Shown here one piece after another: positions 20,516 to 27,666 of a DNA stretch of 64,000 bases. Numbering within the stretch: position 1 is the stretch's first letter; the number at the start of each line of letters is the position of its first letter. The notes below the pieces were generated by a model. The model did no database searches. It was given only the letters and a program-made list of their open reading frames with translations, and was not told where the DNA came from. Made by a program: the position numbers and the translations under genes. The stretch comes from Acidobacteriota bacterium (GTDB taxonomy: Bacteria; Acidobacteriota; UBA890; WLXD01): positions 5,312,001 to 5,376,000 of the forward strand of contig CBDFKD010000002.1 of NCBI GenBank assembly GCA_965248695.1, read 5' to 3'.

Positions 20516-21658
20516 ATGAAATACCCCTACAATGCAAGCCCTCGCCCAACGGTCGGCGTCGAGGAGGAATACCAGATCTGTGACCCGAGCACCGGAAATC
20601 TGGTGCCTCGAGTCAACGAGCTCATGGCGCACGCCGATGAGGATACGGCGCGCTTCCTCGCCTACGACCTCATCCAGGGACTCATAGAGGCCGTCACAGA
20701 CATCGCCGAGACGGTCGACGAGGCGGTCGCTGACCTGGCGGCAAAGCGCCGCCGGGTGCTGGGCTATGCAGAGGCGGAAGGCTGCACCCTGGGAATCACC
20801 GGGACACATCCGTACGCCGACCCGCGGAAGACAGCGTTCGTCGATACGGAATCCTACCGCTGGGTCCGCAATCAGCTGCGCTACATCGCCGGACGCAATC
20901 TCTCGTTTGGACTCCACGTGCACGTCGGTGTGGACGACGCGGAGCGGGCGATCTACGTCGCCAACCGGCTCCGCAGGTGGATCGGACCGCTGATCGCCGT
21001 GGCCGCAAACTCGCCCTTCCTCGACGGTGTTGATACCGGATGGGACTCGGCGCGCTCTGTTGCCTTCGGCAGCTTCCCGCGTTCCGGCGTACCTCCGTAC
21101 CTGCGGAGCTGGGTGCACTACGAGCAGGTGATGGCGGGGCTACAGTCGGCGGACAGCATCCAAAAGCCACGGCACGTGTGGTGGAACGTGCGCGCCCATC
21201 CCACGTTCGGTACCGTCGAGGTGCGCGCCTGCGACGTGCAGATGTCGCTGCGCCGCACGGCTGCCATCACGGCTCTCTGCCAGGCGTTGGTGGTCGAGTA
21301 CAGCAAACGGCATCGGGCCGGAGAGGAAGCGCCGGCACAGGACCATGCTTTTCTCGACGACGGTCGCTTCAAAGGCATGCGGTTCGGCCTCGACGCTCCG
21401 GTCATCGATGCAGAGACCCACGAGGTCGTACCGATGCGGGAGATGGCTCGCCGCATGATGGCCGAGGCGGGCGAGGCAAGTGCCTCGCTGGGCACGGAGT
21501 CGCATCTGGCCAAGCTGGCGGAGATCATCGAGGAGGGAAACGGCGCGTCCTACCAGCGAGGCGTCGCCGACGAAGTCGGAGGGGATCTGGTGGCCATGCA
21601 GCGCCGACTCCTGGTCGAGGCTCGCGCGCTGGTCGTGGAACCCGACGTCGCCCTCTGA
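20516..21658 (+). CDS. ybdK: carboxylate-amine ligase / glutamate--cysteine ligase 2 (YbdK family)
   Basis: TVGVEEEYQI, GTHP, FGLHVHVG, ANSPF..G.DTG..S.R, WWNVR.HPTFGTVEVR.CD. Confidence 0.9.
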   Translation: MKYPYNASPRPTVGVEEEYQICDPSTGNLVPRVNELMAHADEDTARFLAYDLIQGLIEAVTDIAETVDEAVADLAAKRRRVLGYAEAEGCTLGITGTHPYADPRKTAFVDTESYRWVRNQLRYIAGRNLSFGLHVHVGVDDAERAIYVANRLRRWIGPLIAVAANSPFLDGVDTGWDSARSVAFGSFPRSGVPPYLRSWVHYEQVMAGLQSADSIQKPRHVWWNVRAHPTFGTVEVRACDVQMSLRRTAAITALCQALVVEYSKRHRAGEEAPAQDHAFLDDGRFKGMRFGLDAPVIDAETHEVVPMREMARRMMAEAGEASASLGTESHLAKLAEIIEEGNGASYQRGVADEVGGDLVAMQRRLLVEARALVVEPDVAL

Positions 21659-22450
21659 GTGCGGCCGAGCGCCGCGATGCTACGGGTTCATGTGCTCGGC
21701 TCTGGGAACGCGCTCGCCGGGAGCCGGCGCGATACCACCGCCCTGGCAGTGCAAGCGGATGGCGAGTGGACCGTCCTGGACTGCCCCGGGGCCCTGCTGC
21801 ACAAGTTGGCGCTGTTGGGTGCCGATCTGGCGGTCCTGCGTCGGCTGATCGTGACCCACAACCACGTCGATCATGTATACGGCTTCGCGCATCTGGCCCA
21901 CGCTCTGGTGCTGGCGCCAGACCGACCGCCGCTCGAGGTTCACGCGCCCGAAGAGACGTTGCAGACGCTGCGAGCGATGCTCGGGGTCCACGGCCTCGAC
22001 GACGCCTGTGTCGGTCGGCTCGATCTGTGTGGCGTTCCCCTCGCGGCCGACGTCGAGATCGACAACTCTGCTCAATCCCGGATCTCGGCCTCTCCGGCGG
22101 CCCACAGCCGTGCCACCCTGGCAGTGCGCTTCGAGCACCGAGGAAGCGCTTTCGTCTATGCCTCCGATACGGCTCCGAGCGACGGGGTCGTGGCTCTGAG
22201 CGCCGGGGTCGATCTGCTTCTGCATGATTGCGCCGGGCTCCACCGAGACCGCAGCACCTTCTCCGGGAAGCACTCGAGTGCGCGCCAGGCGGGTGAGATT
22301 GCCGCCGTCGCCGGGGTTGGAGAGCTCCGCCTGATCCACATCCCGGAGTCGACTCGGCATACCGACGCCGATCTGGTAGGCGAGGCACGCGAGCACTTTC
22401 AAGGCCGCGTCGGGCCGGCCGCCGACGGCGACACCTACACCTTGACCTAG
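21659..22450 (+). CDS. MBL-fold metallo-hydrolase (RNase Z/AtsA-like)
   Basis: VLGSG, LDC, THNHVDH, YASDT, LLHDC, HSSA; start GTG 21659 or ATG 21677. Confidence 0.85.
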   Translation: MRPSAAMLRVHVLGSGNALAGSRRDTTALAVQADGEWTVLDCPGALLHKLALLGADLAVLRRLIVTHNHVDHVYGFAHLAHALVLAPDRPPLEVHAPEETLQTLRAMLGVHGLDDACVGRLDLCGVPLAADVEIDNSAQSRISASPAAHSRATLAVRFEHRGSAFVYASDTAPSDGVVALSAGVDLLLHDCAGLHRDRSTFSGKHSSARQAGEIAAVAGVGELRLIHIPESTRHTDADLVGEAREHFQGRVGPAADGDTYTLT

Positions 22451-22519
22451 CAGGCCGCCTTGCAACTGGCCCCAACTCGCCGTAACCAGACCCACCACAC
22501 TTTCACCACGGCCTGCTAG
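22447..22519. repeat. 73-bp CTAG-bounded element; internally deleted copy of the 30437-30715 element
   Basis: 22451-22519 is nearly identical to 30647-30715; ends are CTAGCAGGCCG...CGGCCTGCTAG. Confidence 0.85.
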
Positions 22520-22642
22520 ATCTGGGCGAGACCACGTACGGTATTCTCTGCGCTGACCTACCTTGGAAGTCTCGACGAGGAGCCCCGTGCAGGACGTGAC
22601 CAGCAACTTCGCGCCAGGCGAGGCCGTCGGGAGACCGCCCGC

Positions 22643-23665
22643 GTGAGCCGCTGGATATCGAGTGCGCCGCTGCGGGCCGATCTGGCCGGCGGGACGCTCG
22701 ACCTTTGGCCGCTGTACCTGCTGCACGCACGGTCCTCAACCGTCAACGTGGCGCTGAGCCTGCGGGCGCGCGCCGCTTACGAACCTGGCGGCCAGCGCTG
22801 GGAGCTACGGGCCGGCGATCACGGGGCGCGTCGCCAGCTGGCTGCTTCCCGGCTCGCAAGAGCCGTCGACGAGGGGCGCACCGGCGACCCGTTTGCGCTC
22901 GTGCTTCGTGTCCTCGGCCATACCGGGCTCCGCCAACCCGGGCGGCTAACAACTACGGTCGACGGACCATCTGGCGGCGGCATCGGCGGCTCTTCGGCCT
23001 TGCTCATAGCCCTCTACGGACTTGCGTGTCGCGCTGTCGGATCCCGGCTACAGCGACGCAACCTGGCAAGCCTGGCCCGCGACCTGGAGGCCCAGGTGCT
23101 CGGAATCCCGACCGGGATTCAGGACTACTACCCGGCGATCTACGGAGGGGCGCTGCAGCTCCACCATGGGCCAGGCGGCACGCGCATGGAGCGGCTCTCA
23201 ATTGATCTAGGGGCCCTCGAGCGGCGTCTGATGCTGGTGTACAGTGGCAAACCGCATGCTTCAGCGCCGTCGAACTGGCGGCTCTATCGTCGCCGGATCG
23301 AGCGAGATCCTGCCGCCCGCGACGGCTTCGAGGCGATTGCCCACGCCGCGGCGGCGTCGGCCGACGCGTTGCGCGATGGCAACTGGGGCGCTCTCGGAGA
23401 AGCTATGAATGCCGATTGGGAGGCGCGCAAGGCCATCGACTCGAAGCTGGCTCCGGCCGAGCTGCGCCGCGTCGAGCGAGCTGGCCTTCGGGCCGGGGCC
23501 GCGGCCGCCAAGGGATGTGGCGCGGCGTCGGGCGGATGCATGCTGTTCCTGCTATCAGACCCTGGTCAGCGGAAGACGGTGGCCGCCGCCGTCGAGGCAG
23601 TCGCCGGTCGGGTTCTCCCGACGCGCATCGCACGCGCTGGCCTACGCATCCGACGCGTGGACTAG
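22643..23665 (+). CDS. GHMP-family sugar kinase (HddA/heptose-7-phosphate kinase-like)
   Basis: SAPLRADLAGGTLD, PSGGGIGGSSA, TGIQDYY.A.YGG, KGCGAASGGC. Confidence 0.85.
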   Translation: MSRWISSAPLRADLAGGTLDLWPLYLLHARSSTVNVALSLRARAAYEPGGQRWELRAGDHGARRQLAASRLARAVDEGRTGDPFALVLRVLGHTGLRQPGRLTTTVDGPSGGGIGGSSALLIALYGLACRAVGSRLQRRNLASLARDLEAQVLGIPTGIQDYYPAIYGGALQLHHGPGGTRMERLSIDLGALERRLMLVYSGKPHASAPSNWRLYRRRIERDPAARDGFEAIAHAAAASADALRDGNWGALGEAMNADWEARKAIDSKLAPAELRRVERAGLRAGAAAAKGCGAASGGCMLFLLSDPGQRKTVAAAVEAVAGRVLPTRIARAGLRIRRVD

Positions 23666-23737
23666 TGGCCCGCAATCGATGATGGCGGGGAAGAGCGGAA
23701 CGCAGAGGGGCTCCGGCAGGGATCCTGAGGAGAAGCG

Positions 23738-24574
23738 GTGATCGAGTGGGCGGTAATTCCGGTCGCCGGACACGGGACCCGTCTGCAGCCGGCGGCAACT
23801 GTCATCCCCAAGACGCTGCTGCCGGTCGGCAGCTGGCCGATGTTGCACTGGGCACTGGACGAGGCAGTCCGCGCCGGCATCCGCGGCATTGTGCTGGTCA
23901 TCGGACCGGACCAGCAACTGGTGCGCGACTATGTCGACGCCGCGGTAGAGGCGGGGCGCCACGGAGAGGAATCCGACCTCGGCAACCTGGGGCGCCAGCT
24001 GCGCGACTGCGATATCCACTGGATCCGCCAGGAGACGCCGACCGGCATCGGTGATGCGTTCGTTCGATGCCAAGCGCTGACCCGCCATGACGTCTTCGCG
24101 GTGCTGTTGCCCGACAACTGGTTCGATGCCCCGATGGCCGCAATCGGCCAGGTGGCGCAGGCCTACTTCAAGACAGGGTTGTGCAGCCTTGGCCTCACCG
24201 AGGTGATCCCGGAGGAACACTCGCTGTTCGGCAACGTCGGCGGGGTTCGCCTGGAACTGCTGGAGTCGGGCTGCTTTCGGGTGTTGGCACTCCAGGACAA
24301 GCTACCCGGCGAGTTCGCCGCGGCGAGCTCGGGTGTCACGCTGCGCGGCTGTGCCCGCTACGTCGTCGACGAACGGTTCTACGAGGCCCTTCACGCTACG
24401 GGCCCGCCGCCGGACGGCGAGTGGGACGACGTGCCTGCCTTCCAGCACCTGATTGCCGGCCCGGGGCTGGCGGCAGCGCGCATCGAAGGTCGGCACTACG
24501 ACGTCGGGCACCTGGCAGGTTATCTGGCGGCCGCAACGTACCTTGGGCGCCGCGCAGCAGAAGTCGAACGATAG
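23738..24574 (+). CDS. sugar-phosphate nucleotidyltransferase (GalU/NTP_transferase family)
   Basis: AVIPVAGHGTRL.P....PK.LLP, Q.TPTGIGDA, AVLLPD, YDVG. Confidence 0.85.
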   Translation: MIEWAVIPVAGHGTRLQPAATVIPKTLLPVGSWPMLHWALDEAVRAGIRGIVLVIGPDQQLVRDYVDAAVEAGRHGEESDLGNLGRQLRDCDIHWIRQETPTGIGDAFVRCQALTRHDVFAVLLPDNWFDAPMAAIGQVAQAYFKTGLCSLGLTEVIPEEHSLFGNVGGVRLELLESGCFRVLALQDKLPGEFAAASSGVTLRGCARYVVDERFYEALHATGPPPDGEWDDVPAFQHLIAGPGLAAARIEGRHYDVGHLAGYLAAATYLGRRAAEVER

Positions 24575-25167
24575 TGGCGCAGCAGTCCGACGATGACGCC
24601 GCGCACCCGTACCCGCGACTCGGGGACGTAGAGCGGCTCGCCGCCGCCATGGCTCGGTTCGAGCCGCACGTGGCCGGACTCGCGAAAGAACCTTCCGACG
24701 GCCGTGAGCTGATCTCCGAGTACCAGAACGACCGTGTCTCCATCGGCGGCGATGCTGCGGTCTTCGATAACCAAGACGTCGCCATCCAGCAGAAGCTCAT
24801 CGGACAGCGAGCTACCGTTCACGCGCAGAGCGTACAGGGGACCTGCTGCCGCGAACGATGAGGGGAGGCTGACGCTCTCGGCCGGACGGATGGCCTCGAG
24901 CGGTCGCCCTCCGGCAATGCGACCAAGCAGGGGGATCTCGACGCCACGGGCGGAGTCGTTTTCCACCAGCTCGATTCCGCGGCCTTGGTGCTTCGCCTTG
25001 CGGACGTAGCCTTTCTGCACCAGCTGCTGGACGTGCTTGTAAACTGTGGCCGGCGAGGAGAGACCGAAGTGAGCACCGATTTCTTCGAGTGTCGGAGCGT
25101 AGCCCTCGGCCTTCAGGTAGTCCCTGATGTAGTCGAGGATCTCCTTCTGGCGCTTGGTCAGGTACAT
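24520..25167 (-). CDS. lexA: LexA-family repressor with a degenerate peptidase S24 domain
   Basis: LTKRQKEILDYI...GYAPTLEEIG.HFGLSSPATVYKH..L..KGY; IPLLGRIAGGRP; ALRVNGSS; VRVRGVIVGLLR. Confidence 0.88.
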   Translation of the reverse strand: MYLTKRQKEILDYIRDYLKAEGYAPTLEEIGAHFGLSSPATVYKHVQQLVQKGYVRKAKHQGRGIELVENDSARGVEIPLLGRIAGGRPLEAIRPAESVSLPSSFAAAGPLYALRVNGSSLSDELLLDGDVLVIEDRSIAADGDTVVLVLGDQLTAVGRFFRESGHVRLEPSHGGGEPLYVPESRVRVRGVIVGLLRHYRSTSAARRPRYVAAAR

Positions 25168-25260
25168 GGCGCTCGGAGTCGTATGCCAGGGACGAGACGA
25201 CGCGACTGACGGTTCGACAAGGGCGACGAAATGTCAAGGCGACGCTGGTAACCTGGATCG

Positions 25261-25698
25261 ATGGTGCACATGTGTCTCGACATGGGTGAGCGTCGCATCG
25301 GTGTGGCGGTTTCGGATCCCACTGCAATGCTGGCGCGGCCGCTGGTCACGCTGCCGGGCGGCGAGCCGGCGACGGAGCTGGCCGATCGATTGCGTCTCCT
25401 TATCGAGGATACCGAGGCTCGGCAGTTGGTGATCGGGTTTCCCAAGCGACTCGACGGCGCCAAGGGTCCCGAGGCGATTGCCGTCGAGGCCGTGGCCGCG
25501 GAGTTGCGTGAGCTGCTGAGCGTGCCCGTGACCCTCTGGGATGAACGGTTGTCGACCGTCGAGGCCAACCGCCGCCTGACCGAAGCGAACGTGCGGCCTA
25601 AGCGCCGCAAACAGATCGTCGACCAGCTCGCGGCCGCCCTGATTTTGCAGAGCTATCTGGATTCCTTGGACTCCGATCCGGCTTCCGGGCGGCCGTGA
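25261..25698 (+). CDS. ruvX: pre-16S rRNA nuclease / Holliday junction resolvase-like RuvX (YqgF)
   Basis: LDMGERRIGVAVSD, VIGFP, WDERLSTVEA, VDQLAAALILQSYLD. Confidence 0.93.
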   Translation: MVHMCLDMGERRIGVAVSDPTAMLARPLVTLPGGEPATELADRLRLLIEDTEARQLVIGFPKRLDGAKGPEAIAVEAVAAELRELLSVPVTLWDERLSTVEANRRLTEANVRPKRRKQIVDQLAAALILQSYLDSLDSDPASGRP

Positions 25699-26705
25699 AG
25701 CGCTCCCTTGTGCTGGCGGTTGCGGTGGCGCTGCTGGCGGTGGTGACCGCAGCGGCGACAGCACGGTCGCTGGAGCGTCGTATACACGCCACGTTCCAAG
25801 GCTACGAAGGCGAGCACGTCGACGTGATCGTTCGTCCTGGAATGCCGGCATGGCAGGTAGCCGAGCTGCTGGAGAGTACCGGAGTGGTGGAATCGGCTGC
25901 ACTGCTCACCGGCTGGCTTTGGTGGACCGAGCGTAGCGGTGACGTCCAGGTGGGCGAGTACCGTTTCGCGGGAGCCACGTCACTGGTCGAGGTCGCGAAC
26001 GTCGTAACCACCGGCCGCGTGCGCCTCTATCCGCTGACGATCAAGGAGGGCTCTACCCGCTGGCAGGTCGCAGAGGCGATCGCGGCGGCGGGCTTCGAAA
26101 CCTACGAGAAGGCGCTGGTGGCCACCGGCCGCATCGATCTGATCGGCGATCTCGACCCGATGGCAGACTCGCTCGAAGGGTACCTGTTTCCCGAGACGTA
26201 TCTGGCCCCTCGGGGCGATGATGCCGATCGCCTCATCGCCCGCATGGTCGACTCCTTCCGCACCGCCTGGACAGCGAGGCTACGCCGACGCGCCACCGAG
26301 CTCGACATGGATGTTCGCGACGTAGTGACCCTCGCCTCGCTCATCGAGGCGGAGACCCAGGCCTCGGAAGAGCGCCCGGTTGTATCCGGCGTGTTCCACA
26401 ACCGGATGGCTCGCGGCATGCTGCTGCAAACGGATCCGACCGTCATCTATGCACGCAATCTCGCGGGGCGCGAGGGCCGCACCATCTACCAGTCGGACCT
26501 GCGACGAGATTCTCCGTACAATACCTACGTCTACCCGGGGTTGCCGGTCGGTCCTATCGGCAACCCGCGGCAGGCGAGTCTCGAAGCTGCTTTGTACCCG
26601 GCCGACGTGGACTTCTTGTACTTCGTGGCGCGAAATGACGGCACACATGCGTTCTCGCGAACGCTCGCCGAGCACAACGCGCTGGTCGATCGTTACCAGA
26701 GGTGA
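25695..26705 (+). CDS. mltG: endolytic murein transglycosylase
   Basis: N-terminal TM, LEGYLFPETY, LASLIEAE, LQTDPTV, SPYNTY..PGLPVGPIGNP, LYFVA. Confidence 0.93.
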   Translation: MKRSLVLAVAVALLAVVTAAATARSLERRIHATFQGYEGEHVDVIVRPGMPAWQVAELLESTGVVESAALLTGWLWWTERSGDVQVGEYRFAGATSLVEVANVVTTGRVRLYPLTIKEGSTRWQVAEAIAAAGFETYEKALVATGRIDLIGDLDPMADSLEGYLFPETYLAPRGDDADRLIARMVDSFRTAWTARLRRRATELDMDVRDVVTLASLIEAETQASEERPVVSGVFHNRMARGMLLQTDPTVIYARNLAGREGRTIYQSDLRRDSPYNTYVYPGLPVGPIGNPRQASLEAALYPADVDFLYFVARNDGTHAFSRTLAEHNALVDRYQR

Positions 26706-26708
26706 GGC

Positions 26709-27194
26709 ATGAGCCAGTCCAGACCTGCGAGCGTGCTACCGAGCGACGCGGCCGCCGGACTGCGCTTCGCGGTAGTCGTGAGTCGGTTCAACAAGAGCCT
26801 CACGACGCGACTCTGCCAGGGCGCTCTGGAAGCCTTGGCAGATCACGGCGCGGCCGAAGGCGATGTCACCACAGCCTGGGTACCCGGCGCCTTCGAGCTT
26901 CCGATGGCCGCCGCACACTTGGCCTCGACCGAGCAGTTCGACGCGATCGTATGCCTGGGCGTGCTCATTCGCGGTGAGACGACGCACTACGACGTGCTGG
27001 CTCACGCGACCGCCGGCGCTGTGCAGGAGGTGGCGCGGCACAGCGCCTTGCCGGTCACCTTCGGCGTTCTGACCTGCGACACCGCAACACAGGCGGAGGC
27101 GCGGGCGGGCGGCGACCACGGTAACAAGGGCGTCGACGCGGCAATCGCGGCGATCGAGATGGCGGTTCTGTTCGCTGACCGGTCGGACCACTAG
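26709..27194 (+). CDS. ribH: 6,7-dimethyl-8-ribityllumazine synthase
   Basis: SRFN, VPGAFELP, LGVLIRGETTHYD, PVTFGVLT, NKG. Confidence 0.96.
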   Translation: MSQSRPASVLPSDAAAGLRFAVVVSRFNKSLTTRLCQGALEALADHGAAEGDVTTAWVPGAFELPMAAAHLASTEQFDAIVCLGVLIRGETTHYDVLAHATAGAVQEVARHSALPVTFGVLTCDTATQAEARAGGDHGNKGVDAAIAAIEMAVLFADRSDH

Positions 27195-27198
27195 AACG

Positions 27199-27666
27199 AT
27201 GGGATACCGGCACCGTGCTCGTGAGCGTGCGCTGCAGTGCCTCTACCAGTGGGAGAGCACCGACGCCGATCTCGACGGCCTTCTCGACCGATTCTGGCGG
27301 GCGCAGCCAGAGCCTCAGCGCGTCCGAGAGTTCACCGAGACGCTGGTGCGCGGCGCGGTGGATGCTGTGCCGCGCATCGATCCGCTGATCTCGAGACAGG
27401 CGGAGAACTGGCGCCTCGAGCGCATGGGGTGCGTCGACCGCGGAATCCTCCGACTCGGTGTCTACGAGCTGCTGGCGCAGCCCGACACTCCCGCCGCGGT
27501 GGTCATCGATGAGGCCATCGAGCTGGCGAAGCGCTACAGCGGCGAGCAGGGAAGCACCTTCGTCAACGGCGTGCTGGATGGGATCAACCGGCGCCTGCAG
27601 GCGGAGTCGGCCGTCGAAGACCTCGAGACCGAACCCTGCGAGGACCGCAAGGCGAGCGGCACATGA
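27199..27666 (+). CDS. nusB: transcription antitermination factor NusB
   Basis: RHRARERALQ.LYQ, NWRLERM..VDR.ILR, VIDEAIELAKRY, FVNGVLD. Confidence 0.95.
   Translation: MGYRHRARERALQCLYQWESTDADLDGLLDRFWRAQPEPQRVREFTETLVRGAVDAVPRIDPLISRQAENWRLERMGCVDRGILRLGVYELLAQPDTPAAVVIDEAIELAKRYSGEQGSTFVNGVLDGINRRLQAESAVEDLETEPCEDRKASGT

Noticed and set aside
25168-25260. SOS box upstream of the lexA-like gene
   Set aside because: There is no convincing GTTC-N7-GTTC, GAAC-N4-GTTC or CTGT-N8-ACAG match, only a single GTTC half-site.
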